From positions 1 through 53,602 of IMG/VR virus record IMGVR_UViG_3300021964_000094: DNA of 53,602 nucleotides. One strand, written 5' to 3'. The stretch comes from a virus. Its lineage: Duplodnaviria; Caudoviricetes. Below the pieces are notes generated by a model. The model worked only from the letters and a program-made list of their open reading frames with translations, was not told the DNA's origin and did not search any database. A program made the position numbers and the translations under genes. Positions within the stretch are counted from its first letter, which is position 1; each line of letters starts with the position of its first letter. This document shows, one piece after another, positions 27,453 to 37,043 of this stretch.

Positions 27453-30026
27453 ATGGCAAAAGATACAGTAGAAATTCTAGGCGGACAATTAGACGGAGCA
27501 ATACTTCAAAATGCCGCATCTGAAGCAACACTAAAAGAGCTTGTAGCCGCCATTAGCGGTAATAGAGGCGGTTCAACAGGCGGTGGCTCAAGTATTTTGG
27601 GTAGGACACCTGCTGGAATGATTGCTGGCGGCATCGTAGGTGCTGTTGGCGGAGCAGTTAAAGGTGCTGTTAATCAAATAGGCAATGTTACTGGTGCCGC
27701 TGGTGCGTTTGCTGGGATGATGTTTAAAGGTGAAGGAAGGATAAGTTCCTACACTAAAGTATTAAACAATCAAGTTATTAGCCAATTACCACTAGTTGGA
27801 AGATATTTAGGTGCTGTTGGCGGCGCAATATCAGGAACTATTCAGGAATTTGAAAGGTGGAATAAGACTCTACAGAGTATAACTGGTACTGGTGCTACAT
27901 TTAATAACAGTATCATTCAAATGATGAATGCTAGTGCTAGAACTTACATGTCATTGGATCAGTTCTCGGCGTTTGTACAAAAAAATAATAGAACATTTAT
28001 TGCTCTTGGTAATTCAGTAACTGAAGGTGCTGTAGCATTTTCAAATTATTCATATGATGTTTTAAAAGCAAGTGGTCCTGCTAGAACGACATTGATTCAA
28101 ATGGGTTACACTGTTCCTCAGATTAACCAACAACTAGCTGATTACTTAGAAAACAACTATCGAGGAATAGTTGCAGAAAGAATTAATTCAAAAAACTTAG
28201 GCGATTCTTTTGTTAACTATCAAATGTATCTACACAAGTTAACTTCGATAACAGGTAAGAATGCCGAACAGTTGACTCAAGAAATGAGTTCTGTACAAAA
28301 CGATACTGCGTTTAAATTAAAACTTAATAAGTTAGACAAAGACGAACGTAAAAAAGTTAATATGGCTCTTGCGAATTACACAGCCATATATGGAAAAGAT
28401 GGTGCTGAAGTGTTTAAAGCACTATTCTTAGGTTTAACACCAGCAACTGATGCTGCAGCATACTTTTCTATGTTATTCCCACAAGCAGTTAAGGAAATGA
28501 GAACAACGCTGGGCTTCGCACAAGACGGACTAACTTCAATAGCACAATTTGAAGGTATAACATTAAAAGAAAGAGCAAGAATATTAAAACATTCTGCATC
28601 TCAATTAGATAAGTTTAGTGGATACCTTAAAGCTGGCGCGGCAGGAATTGAAGAAGCGGCTAAACTAGCAGGTGTGAGTAAAGATGTAGCAAACTATATT
28701 GCTAAGACAGGTAAAGACTTTTCAAAAATGTCTCTAGAAGAAATTGAGGAAATGCTTGCCAAGGCAGATGCCGAAGTAAAGAAAAGTGAAGAATTAACAG
28801 AGATATTAAGATCATTTGAAACAGCAATGGGAGATTTTAAAGTAGGGTTCCTAGATGTTATGACAGCTGATGGAGGACCGTTACATCAATTCTCAGAAGC
28901 TATGAAAGGCAAAGACCTTCCAAATAAAATTAGACAGTTCGGAAGAGACTTTGGATATTTTGTTACAGATACAATTCCAGTAATAACTAAATTCTTTGCG
29001 AAACTGGCCACTGACGAAGGTCGAAAAGAATTTGGACTTCGTATAGACAAAATGGTTTCTAAATTAGGATTGTACCTACTTGCTTATCTTCCTAAGGTAT
29101 TTGGCGGCGATGTTGATCCAAATTTACAATCAAACTTAGCTAAAATTGACGCCGCATACCAACCAAAAATTGATCAAGCATCTGCCGGTGCTGACATGGC
29201 CGCAACTAGATTAACAAGAAAGCCATTTGAACTTCCAAACGAACAACAGTCTGGACCACCAGGTACCGGTGCGTCTACGGCAGGTGGAAAGATTTATCAA
29301 GACCAAGCTGGAAAGATTAGAAATAAACCTATATCAAATGAACTACGTACTATACTAGCTACAGCCGCAAAGGCTGCCGGTGTTGATCTAAGAATTGAAA
29401 GTGGCGGACAAATGTCAATGGCCGATTATGCCGCCGCAAGCGGAGTTAAAGAACAACGAGGCGACGATTATTATCTAGATGGAAAAAAAGTAAGAACAGG
29501 AAAAGAAAGACACGACGATGGCGGAGCTGCAGATTTAGATGTGTATCTACCTGACACTAATACGCCTTTATCGATCGGTCATCCAAGCTACATGAAGTTT
29601 CTTAAAGCTGCAAAAGAAGCTGGCATTACAAATGTAGGAGCAGGTGAAGGATACATGTCTACAGCAGTAGGCACTAGAATACACATGGGTATTACTGGAA
29701 ACGCCGCAAAATGGGGAGGCGATAAAGGCCCGTATGCTGAACTGGGCAAGGCTGGATTTAGAGAAGGAACGCTAGGCACAATGGGTTCGCTGTTTGCTAA
29801 TATGGGCGGAACGCAAGAAGTACATGGAGAAGAATCGATTATGTCTCCATCAGAGTTAACAGCAGAAATGGTCGGCGCTGCCGAGTATTCATCTGCCGGT
29901 GTATCACAACTAAATGAAAATTTAAATGTTTTAATTAATCTCACTAATCAGCGCAATATGTTAGCATCTAAAATATCAGATAAACTAGCAGGAAGATCAA
30001 AAGACTTAACTGCGGTGTTTGGATAA
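27453..30026 (+). CDS. Tape-measure-like protein 1 with C-terminal M15-type peptidoglycan peptidase domain
   Basis: Long Ala/Gly-rich helical protein with NAASEATL N-terminal motif. Has LRIESG...RHDDGGAADLD...RIHMG (H-x6-D...H zinc motif) and a C-terminal F..GT.G...HG.E motif. Confidence 0.7.
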   Translation: MAKDTVEILGGQLDGAILQNAASEATLKELVAAISGNRGGSTGGGSSILGRTPAGMIAGGIVGAVGGAVKGAVNQIGNVTGAAGAFAGMMFKGEGRISSYTKVLNNQVISQLPLVGRYLGAVGGAISGTIQEFERWNKTLQSITGTGATFNNSIIQMMNASARTYMSLDQFSAFVQKNNRTFIALGNSVTEGAVAFSNYSYDVLKASGPARTTLIQMGYTVPQINQQLADYLENNYRGIVAERINSKNLGDSFVNYQMYLHKLTSITGKNAEQLTQEMSSVQNDTAFKLKLNKLDKDERKKVNMALANYTAIYGKDGAEVFKALFLGLTPATDAAAYFSMLFPQAVKEMRTTLGFAQDGLTSIAQFEGITLKERARILKHSASQLDKFSGYLKAGAAGIEEAAKLAGVSKDVANYIAKTGKDFSKMSLEEIEEMLAKADAEVKKSEELTEILRSFETAMGDFKVGFLDVMTADGGPLHQFSEAMKGKDLPNKIRQFGRDFGYFVTDTIPVITKFFAKLATDEGRKEFGLRIDKMVSKLGLYLLAYLPKVFGGDVDPNLQSNLAKIDAAYQPKIDQASAGADMAATRLTRKPFELPNEQQSGPPGTGASTAGGKIYQDQAGKIRNKPISNELRTILATAAKAAGVDLRIESGGQMSMADYAAASGVKEQRGDDYYLDGKKVRTGKERHDDGGAADLDVYLPDTNTPLSIGHPSYMKFLKAAKEAGITNVGAGEGYMSTAVGTRIHMGITGNAAKWGGDKGPYAELGKAGFREGTLGTMGSLFANMGGTQEVHGEESIMSPSELTAEMVGAAEYSSAGVSQLNENLNVLINLTNQRNMLASKISDKLAGRSKDLTAVFG

Positions 30027-30037
30027 GGAAATAAGTA

Positions 30038-32797
30038 ATGGCTGATCAAGTAACATTTATACACAATGCGCTAGGACAGAGTACTATCAGTAATATGGCT
30101 ACTGAAGCAACCTTGAAAGAGTTGCTGAATGCTATTGGTGGGGGGAAAACAGGATCTCAAAATAAAAATAGTTTAGCATCTTTAACGAATCCATTTAACA
30201 GTTTAACTAGAAGAGCAAAGTCGTTAGAAAACGGAATTAAAGCAACAATGAGACCATTTACTGGTTTCATATCCATGCTTGGCAAAGGCGAAGTACGCAT
30301 GTCAGCATTCGGAAAACATCTGAATGAATCTGTTGTTTCTAAACTTCCGGTAGTAGGAGGACTGTTTTCAGGAGTCGCAGGTGTTGCTATTGCTGGTGTT
30401 AGCATTCTTGAATCTTGGAACACTGAATCAAAAAAACTTGCTCCAGCTGGAGCAACTTTTGGCAATAGTATGCTTGAGTTTTCTCAAATAGCTGCACAGA
30501 CTAGATTATCATTAGATGAGCTTAATACAGTAGTTGGTCAAAATGTTGAAAAATTTGCCGCATTGGGTCCAAACATAAATCAAGGTATTAGAAATTTTAA
30601 AGATTTTTCGAACGCATTTTTTAGACCTGGTAATATTTTAAATGAGAGATTACTCAATATGGGTTATTCATTTAAAGATATTAATGAACAAGCAATTGAC
30701 TTCTTATATTATTCACAACGTACTTCAGCAGATTCTATTTCAACAAACGTAGATGTACAAAAATCATTCTTTTATTACATGAAAAATTATGATGCATTAA
30801 CAAAACTGTTTGGAGCATCTAATAAAGCTCTAGACGATGCTTCGGCAAAAATATTAAAAGATTCAATACTTCAAATAGCACTTAATAAAGAAGATAAAGA
30901 AGTTGGAGAAAAAACAGCAATCGGTGCTAATACTCTTGTTAGATTTTTTGGAGAAAGTGTAGCAGAAGTATTTAAAGCCCAAATGTTTGGAATGGAAGTG
31001 TTTGGCGGTGCTTCAATGGATCTTAATTTAATGTTAGGCAACGATCTTAGACCTATAGTAAGAAGATTAACTGAAGCCGCCAAAGATAAAGATGTTACAG
31101 CAGAAGATATGACTGACATTTCAGTTGATGTGATAGCTGAAGCATTAGTTTTAACCGCAGGCAAACTAGACGAAAGAAAGAATATGATAGAATTAATGTC
31201 AGTGGCACCTGATGGAGCAAAAGGCATGTATGATTCTATCGCTCAAGCGGCTGATAATGTTATAAGAAAAGATCTCACAGGTAAAACCAAAGATCAAGTT
31301 AAAGCTATGATCCTCGAAGAATTAAAGCAACAAGATCGTGCTGAGACAATTACCGAAATTATTAGGGCAATGGAACAAGCGGCAAGATACTTCAAAGGTG
31401 AATTTCAAACTGTGCTAATTGAAGAACTTAAAGGCATGGGCGTCGCCTTTGAACAATACGACCTTCCAGGACTATTCCGTAAAGCAGGCGAGTGGGCGGC
31501 TGATTGGACTGTTAAAGCATGGAGCCAAATACAATCATTCTTTAGAATGATGTCGGACTCTGATGGTAGAGATTACATTGGATCTGCTTTTAGTAACATG
31601 ATGGGCTATTATGGAAATAAATTTACAGCAACGATAAAAAATTTAACGGCTCTCGCTGTTCAATCAGTGGTGCCAGAAAGTGTTAACACCACAGTCTCTG
31701 GTATGAATGATAGACTTAGAGAAAAATGGGGCTGGGATATTCCGCTTATCCGTACCAAGAAAGATAGTTTAATTGAGGATCAGCAAGATGAATTTTCTTA
31801 TTATGCTGGAAAAGGAAGAGCAGAACGATTTTATAACCTAGCTCAACTACCTGACAATAGAGCTTCGTTTGATCCTAATTCAACTAAAGGTATAGTAGAA
31901 GGCACAGTAGTATACCCAGATTACGTATCAATGGGTGTTGATGATCTAGGACCATTAGTTTTCAAAGACGGCAAGTGGCAATCACAACGTGCTGTAAAAA
32001 TGAGAGAAGGGTTAGACGCAATGTACAAAAACCCTTGGGCTATGGGGGGCATGGGCTACGGCGGCGTTTATGGCGCAGAACTAGGTGTTTCATCTGCAGT
32101 AGATGATGTTAACGATCTACTATCTTCGGCCGGAAATACAGCTAGATTGAACATGCTAGGACAAAAAACTGGTATCGGCGGCGGCAATCTAAAAGCATTA
32201 GTTATGACTAGCTCTGGTCACATGAAAGATGTAAACGCAAAATATGCTGATAAATTTCAAACAATGATTGACATGCTTGAAGGAGGCATGGGTCTTAAAA
32301 TTACTAAATTAACAGCCAAGGGCGACGGATTAGTAGGGCTCCAGATACAAACTGAACAACATGGCACTAAATGGTTTGATAGTTTATCTGAAGTTGAAAA
32401 GGCTGTTTTGTTCAGAGGAATGATGGATATTGGACTACTTGATCATGGTGAATATGAATTCTCTCAAGCAGTAGAACGACAAACACAATCGTTGAACGAC
32501 GGCATAATGTCTGCGTATAAATTATACGGGGGACCACATGCTGATATTGACAAATTTAGAACAGGTACACTAGAAACAACAGGCAGACTGTTTAACGATT
32601 TTGGAAGAAAACGACAAGTAGCACTGTCCGGCGATAAAGCAATTTTAACTAAACCGCAGTTTGATACTATTAAAGAAGGTGCCGCTCAGATTCCTATGAA
32701 AGATCTTGTAAATTCTGTAAATAGTAGTGTTCAGGAAATGATACGTATAACCAAACTGGAAATTGCTCATAATAGGACCATGTTAAGTGTTGCGTAA
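30038..32797 (+). CDS. Tape-measure-like protein 2 (paralogue of 27453-30026)
   Basis: Shares NMATEATLKELL, KGE.R.S...LN..V.S.LP.VG, GATF.NS and FRTGTL...LF.DFG segments with protein 1. Confidence 0.7.
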   Translation: MADQVTFIHNALGQSTISNMATEATLKELLNAIGGGKTGSQNKNSLASLTNPFNSLTRRAKSLENGIKATMRPFTGFISMLGKGEVRMSAFGKHLNESVVSKLPVVGGLFSGVAGVAIAGVSILESWNTESKKLAPAGATFGNSMLEFSQIAAQTRLSLDELNTVVGQNVEKFAALGPNINQGIRNFKDFSNAFFRPGNILNERLLNMGYSFKDINEQAIDFLYYSQRTSADSISTNVDVQKSFFYYMKNYDALTKLFGASNKALDDASAKILKDSILQIALNKEDKEVGEKTAIGANTLVRFFGESVAEVFKAQMFGMEVFGGASMDLNLMLGNDLRPIVRRLTEAAKDKDVTAEDMTDISVDVIAEALVLTAGKLDERKNMIELMSVAPDGAKGMYDSIAQAADNVIRKDLTGKTKDQVKAMILEELKQQDRAETITEIIRAMEQAARYFKGEFQTVLIEELKGMGVAFEQYDLPGLFRKAGEWAADWTVKAWSQIQSFFRMMSDSDGRDYIGSAFSNMMGYYGNKFTATIKNLTALAVQSVVPESVNTTVSGMNDRLREKWGWDIPLIRTKKDSLIEDQQDEFSYYAGKGRAERFYNLAQLPDNRASFDPNSTKGIVEGTVVYPDYVSMGVDDLGPLVFKDGKWQSQRAVKMREGLDAMYKNPWAMGGMGYGGVYGAELGVSSAVDDVNDLLSSAGNTARLNMLGQKTGIGGGNLKALVMTSSGHMKDVNAKYADKFQTMIDMLEGGMGLKITKLTAKGDGLVGLQIQTEQHGTKWFDSLSEVEKAVLFRGMMDIGLLDHGEYEFSQAVERQTQSLNDGIMSAYKLYGGPHADIDKFRTGTLETTGRLFNDFGRKRQVALSGDKAILTKPQFDTIKEGAAQIPMKDLVNSVNSSVQEMIRITKLEIAHNRTMLSVA
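32718..32723 (+). promoter_or_regulatory. Probable late promoter for portal
   Basis: TAAATA inside the 3' end of the upstream gene, about 90 nt before the portal start. Confidence 0.45.
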
Positions 32798-32809
32798 TTG
32801 GAGAAGACT

Positions 32810-34510
32810 TTGAGTTGGAAAAAATATTTTACACCAGTACCCACAGCAGGCGGTACTACTAATTATAGCCCATTAGGTAACGGTAGTCAACCGGGTCCAG
32901 CCCGTTCGAACTATTCTAGTTTTTTACCTGATGTTTACGCTGGAACACCAAATCGTGTAGAGCGTTATATGCAGTATAATACTATGGATATGGACAGTGA
33001 GGTAAATGCCGCACTAGATATCCTAGCAGAATTTTGTACACAGCAAAATAAAGAAAACAATACAGCATTTCAAATTTACTTTAAAAATGATCCAACCCAA
33101 ACTGAAGTAAAACTTTTAAAGGAAGGATTACAAAAATGGTTTAGATCAAACCAATTTGAAACACGCATGTTTAGGGTTGTTAGAAACTGCTTTAAATATG
33201 GTGATGAATTCTTTCTTAGAGATCCTGAGACTGGTAAACTATTTCATATTGATCCGTCTAAAGTTACAAAGATCATTGTTAATGAATCCGAAGGTAAAAA
33301 GCCTGAACAGTATATTATCAAGGATTTAAATTTCAATTTTACAAATCTTGTAGCCACTTCGATCCATCCAGATAATCATAATTCGCCTGCTGGAACAGGA
33401 AGTTATGTAAGCGGTGGTGCTCTTGGGCGTGGTATGGTTGGTGCTTCTCCCCAGTCTACAGGATCTCGCTTTTCTACAGAACAAAATGAAACAGCAGTAG
33501 ATGCTGAACATGTTGTTCACCTAAGTCTAAGCGAAGGCCTAGACAACAACTATCCATTTGGTAATTCACTTTTAGAAAGTGTTTTCAAAGTATACAAACA
33601 AAAAGAATTATTAGAAGATGCGATTATCATTTACAGAGTACAAAGAGCTCCTGAAAGACGAGTTTTTTATGTTGATGTAGGTAACATGCCAGCACACATG
33701 GCTATGAGCTTTGTTGAACGTGTTAAGAACGAAATCAATCAAAGACGTATTCCAAGTAACACAGGTGGCGGAGCAAACGTTATTGACGCAAGTTATAATC
33801 CTTTAAGTATATCAGAAGATTACTTCTTTCCACAAACAGCAGAAGGGCGCGGATCTAAAGTAGATACATTACCAGGCGGTACTAACCTAGGCGAGATTGA
33901 CGACCTACGTTACTTTACAAATAAACTATTCCGTGCGTTAAGAATTCCAAGTTCTTATTTGCCAACTATGCCAGATGACAGTCCAGCACAGTTTAATGAC
34001 GGTAAAGTAGGTACTGCTTATATTCAAGAATTACGTTTTAATGAGTATTGTAAGAGATTACAAAAACTTATTATTACAGACCTAGATCACGAATTTAAAC
34101 GTTGGTTAATTAAACAAGGTATTAATATTGACAATAGTTTGTTTGAAATTGGATTCAACGCCCCACAAAACTTTGCTTCTTACAGACAAGCAGAACTTGA
34201 TAATAACAGAGTACAAACATTTGCCGCTCTACAAGAAGTTCCATACATGAGTAAACGATTTGCTCTTAAACGATTCTTAGGCCTTTCACAAGAAGAAGTT
34301 ACAGAAAACGAATTAATGTGGAAAGAAGAGAATGGTACTAAGATTGCCCAAGACGCAGAAGCATCAGCACAGATGAGAAGTGTTGGTGTAAGTTCAAATG
34401 ATATATCAGCTGAAGCAGGAGCACAGGATGCCGAAGCAACTGATGATATGGCAGCCGCGGCAACTGATGATACAGCAACACCTGACACAGGTACCGCTGA
34501 AGAGATCTAG
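32810..34510 (+). CDS. gp20: Portal vertex protein
   Basis: LLEDAIIIYRVQRAPERRVFYVDVGNMP, EDYFFP...GRGSKVDTLPGG.NLGEIDD..YF..KL..AL.IP.S. Probable TTG start at 32810 (MSWKKYF) with SD GGAG at 32799-32802. Confidence 0.97.
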   Translation: MSWKKYFTPVPTAGGTTNYSPLGNGSQPGPARSNYSSFLPDVYAGTPNRVERYMQYNTMDMDSEVNAALDILAEFCTQQNKENNTAFQIYFKNDPTQTEVKLLKEGLQKWFRSNQFETRMFRVVRNCFKYGDEFFLRDPETGKLFHIDPSKVTKIIVNESEGKKPEQYIIKDLNFNFTNLVATSIHPDNHNSPAGTGSYVSGGALGRGMVGASPQSTGSRFSTEQNETAVDAEHVVHLSLSEGLDNNYPFGNSLLESVFKVYKQKELLEDAIIIYRVQRAPERRVFYVDVGNMPAHMAMSFVERVKNEINQRRIPSNTGGGANVIDASYNPLSISEDYFFPQTAEGRGSKVDTLPGGTNLGEIDDLRYFTNKLFRALRIPSSYLPTMPDDSPAQFNDGKVGTAYIQELRFNEYCKRLQKLIITDLDHEFKRWLIKQGINIDNSLFEIGFNAPQNFASYRQAELDNNRVQTFAALQEVPYMSKRFALKRFLGLSQEEVTENELMWKEENGTKIAQDAEASAQMRSVGVSSNDISAEAGAQDAEATDDMAAAATDDTATPDTGTAEEI

Positions 34511-34513
34511 GAA

Positions 34514-34519
34514 TAAATA
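34514..34519 (+). promoter_or_regulatory. Late promoter giving a near-leaderless transcript
   Basis: TAAATA ending 5 nt before ATG 34525; no SD. Confidence 0.6.
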
Positions 34520-34524
34520 GTATT

Positions 34525-34776
34525 ATGAAACTGATGGAATTTTTTTACTTTGATGATAAGAAAGCGGATTACGCCAATGATGAGCGTTATTCAAACGAAC
34601 GCGACATAAATGTTGTTGAGAAGTTTGATACAAGAAAGGTACGCTTGACACTTCGTCAGATTAATCAACTTCGCAAAAACAGCGAAGCACACGAGTTTGA
34701 AAAAGCGGCCGAATTAGAATTTATTCAGGGTATGTATGGACAACCAACCGCAGAAGAACTCGCCGCAACACAATAA
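34525..34776 (+). CDS. Conserved small head-module protein (gp68-like position)
   Basis: 83 aa, MKLMEFF...DTRKVRLTLRQINQLRK...MYG; between portal and core genes. Confidence 0.6.
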   Translation: MKLMEFFYFDDKKADYANDERYSNERDINVVEKFDTRKVRLTLRQINQLRKNSEAHEFEKAAELEFIQGMYGQPTAEELAATQ

Positions 34777-35371
34777 TCTCAATGTAGCATTTGTATTAGG
34801 TAATGGAACTAGTCGCAAGCAAATAGACATGCGACAGTTACAGAAGCATGGAAAAATTTATGCTTGTAATGCCGTTTATAGAGAATTTAATCCTGATTAC
34901 TTGATTGCCGTTGACGCTAAAATGGTAAAAGAAATAGTACAAAAGGGTTGGCATTTAAGAAATCAAGTGTGGACAAATCCTAATAAAGATGTACGCACAA
35001 TTCCAGGATTACACTTTTTTAATCCCCACAAAGGTTGGTCAAGTGGACCAACAGCATTATGGCTTGCTAGTCAGCATGGATATGATGCTATCTATATAAT
35101 AGGATTTGATTATGAGGGGTTAAATGGAAAGGTAAATAACATTTACGCAGATACGCCCAATTATAAGCGTAGCTCGGATCAGGCAACATATTTCGGTAAT
35201 TGGGCAAACCAAACTGAAAAGATTTTAAGGGAATTTACAGGCCAACGATATTATAGAGTGTGTCAAAAGGACGTTTTTACACCGGACAATGTACAACGTG
35301 TAACAAACAACTTTAGTCACGTATTTTTTGAAGAATTTGAAGAGAAATTCCCTGGTACGGTATTTAAATAG
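34736..35371 (+). CDS. DUF115/Maf/sialyltransferase-like Rossmann-fold protein (putative glycosyl- or diphospho-transferase)
   Basis: AFVLGNGTSR, IYACNAVYRE..PDYLIAVD, SSGPTAL.LA, IYIIGFD motifs. Confidence 0.65.
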   Translation: MDNQPQKNSPQHNNLNVAFVLGNGTSRKQIDMRQLQKHGKIYACNAVYREFNPDYLIAVDAKMVKEIVQKGWHLRNQVWTNPNKDVRTIPGLHFFNPHKGWSSGPTALWLASQHGYDAIYIIGFDYEGLNGKVNNIYADTPNYKRSSDQATYFGNWANQTEKILREFTGQRYYRVCQKDVFTPDNVQRVTNNFSHVFFEEFEEKFPGTVFK

Positions 35372-35422
35372 GCAGAATTCTTCAAAATAACACCATTTAA
35401 TGGGTAATATACAACTATTATG

Positions 35423-35428
35423 TAAATA
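35423..35428 (+). promoter_or_regulatory. Late promoter for prohead core/protease/scaffold/capsid operon
   Basis: TAAATA about 35 nt before ATG 35464, SD AGGAG present; lies in the loop of CAACTA/TAGTTG (35412-17/35430-35). Confidence 0.65.
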
Positions 35429-35463
35429 CTAGTTGACAGCTTACCAATTTCAGGAGAAACATT

Positions 35464-36375
35464 ATGTCAGAACAAAATTCAAAAATTGCTGAAATGCTTG
35501 ATCATCTTGTTAATGATGATACAGCTAAAGCAGAAGAACTATTCCACGAGTATGTGGTAGAAAAATCAAGAGATATTTACGAAGGTCTTATCGAAGATGA
35601 AGTTGATGAAGCAACTAAAGAAGACGATGAGGCTGTAGAAGAAGCATCAGACGAAGCAGATGACGAAGCAGTAGACGAAGCATCAGATAACGATGACGAC
35701 GACGATACTGTTGAAGAATCAGCTGACGCAGACGACGAAGAAGTTGAAGAAGGCTTTGACGAAGTTGAGCTAGAAGGCGACGATGAAATGCCAGACGCAA
35801 CAGACGCTATGATGGGCGATGTTGAAGACGGTGAAGAAGAAGAAGGCGAAGAAGGCGAAGAAGGTGACGAAGATGAAGAAGCTACAAAAGGCGACATCAT
35901 GGACCTTAAAGACGCTATCGCTGACCTAGAAGCTGCATTCAAAGAATACGCAGACGGTGACGCTCCAGAAGAAGAGCCAGAAATGGACGACATGGAAGCT
36001 ATCCAACCTGAGTTTGAATCAGAAGAAGGTGTTGAAGATTTAGAAACAGTACGTGAATACGCAAACGACGTTAAAGACGGTCACGGTGCTGAGAAAAAAG
36101 GTAAAGCTGAAACAGCTGATAACAAAGCATCACCAGTAGCAAAGCCAAACAATATGGGCGGCACAACTGCTAACATGACAAAAGGCGGCGAAGGCGGTGG
36201 ATCAGAAACTGGTCTAACTGGCAAAGCTAAAGACATGAACACTAAGAACATCAACAAAGTTGGTGGTTCTTCAGACGGTGAACGCATGAGCACAAACGGT
36301 TCAGGACACGGCGCAGAGAAAAAAGGCGCTGGTGAAGGTTCCGCAGATGCTACAAGCATTATCGGCAGTAAGTAA
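35464..36375 (+). CDS. Highly acidic prohead core protein (gp67-like)
   Basis: Helical N-terminus, long Asp/Glu tract with many V-x-E sites, Gly/Lys-rich tail containing GHGAEKKG twice; immediately upstream of gp21. Confidence 0.65.
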   Translation: MSEQNSKIAEMLDHLVNDDTAKAEELFHEYVVEKSRDIYEGLIEDEVDEATKEDDEAVEEASDEADDEAVDEASDNDDDDDTVEESADADDEEVEEGFDEVELEGDDEMPDATDAMMGDVEDGEEEEGEEGEEGDEDEEATKGDIMDLKDAIADLEAAFKEYADGDAPEEEPEMDDMEAIQPEFESEEGVEDLETVREYANDVKDGHGAEKKGKAETADNKASPVAKPNNMGGTTANMTKGGEGGGSETGLTGKAKDMNTKNINKVGGSSDGERMSTNGSGHGAEKKGAGEGSADATSIIGSK

Positions 36376-36394
36376 ACTAATCGGAGCCCAGTAG

Positions 36395-37027
36395 GTGAAA
36401 AATACTTTAACAGAACATTTAAGTTTTGACCAAGCTCAGTTACAACTCGAAAGGGCCGGTGAGGGAGATGATAAATCTTTGTATCTAAATGGCATTTGTA
36501 TCCAAGGTGATATTCGTAATGCTAATCAAAGATTTTATCCTACTTCTGAAATTTCTCGGGCTGTCAAAACCCTTAACGAACAAATTGAGGGCGGTTATTC
36601 AGTGTTAGGTGAAGTTGATCATCCTGCTGACTTACGCATTAACTTGGACAGAGTTAGCCACATGATTACTAAGATGTGGATGGATGGTCCAAACGGCTAC
36701 GGAAAAATGAAGGTTCTACCAACGCCCATGGGACAATTAGTACAAACCATGTTGCAAAGTGGAGTCAAATTAGGCGTTTCCAGCAGGGGCTCCGGTAACG
36801 TTTCCGAAGACGGTAGTGGTAAAGTATCAGATTTTGAAATTATTACAGTAGATGTTGTTGCGCAACCAAGCGCACCAGGCGCATATCCAACACCAGTATA
36901 TGAACATCTAATGAATACATTAGGCGGTGAAAAGGCATTTAAATTGGCAAAAGAAGTTCAAGGCGACCCAAAGGCACAGAAGTATATCGCAGAAAGCCTG
37001 GTGAATATCATCAGGAAACTGAAATGA
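36395..37027 (+). CDS. gp21: Prohead protease
   Basis: GICIQGDIRNANQRFYP, GEVDHP, RVSH, GVSSRGSG, DVVAQPSAPGAY; GTG start. Confidence 0.95.
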   Translation: MKNTLTEHLSFDQAQLQLERAGEGDDKSLYLNGICIQGDIRNANQRFYPTSEISRAVKTLNEQIEGGYSVLGEVDHPADLRINLDRVSHMITKMWMDGPNGYGKMKVLPTPMGQLVQTMLQSGVKLGVSSRGSGNVSEDGSGKVSDFEIITVDVVAQPSAPGAYPTPVYEHLMNTLGGEKAFKLAKEVQGDPKAQKYIAESLVNIIRKLK

Positions 37028-37043
37028 TCTGTAGGAGAATCAC

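Noticed and set aside
23908-34776. Two gene overlaps of exactly 41 nt (23908-23948 and 34736-34776)
   Set aside because: Both depend on uncertain start choices and share no sequence; treated as coincidence.
35590-35885. GAA/GAC-rich repetitive DNA
   Set aside because: Explained by the Asp/Glu-rich tract of the prohead core protein.
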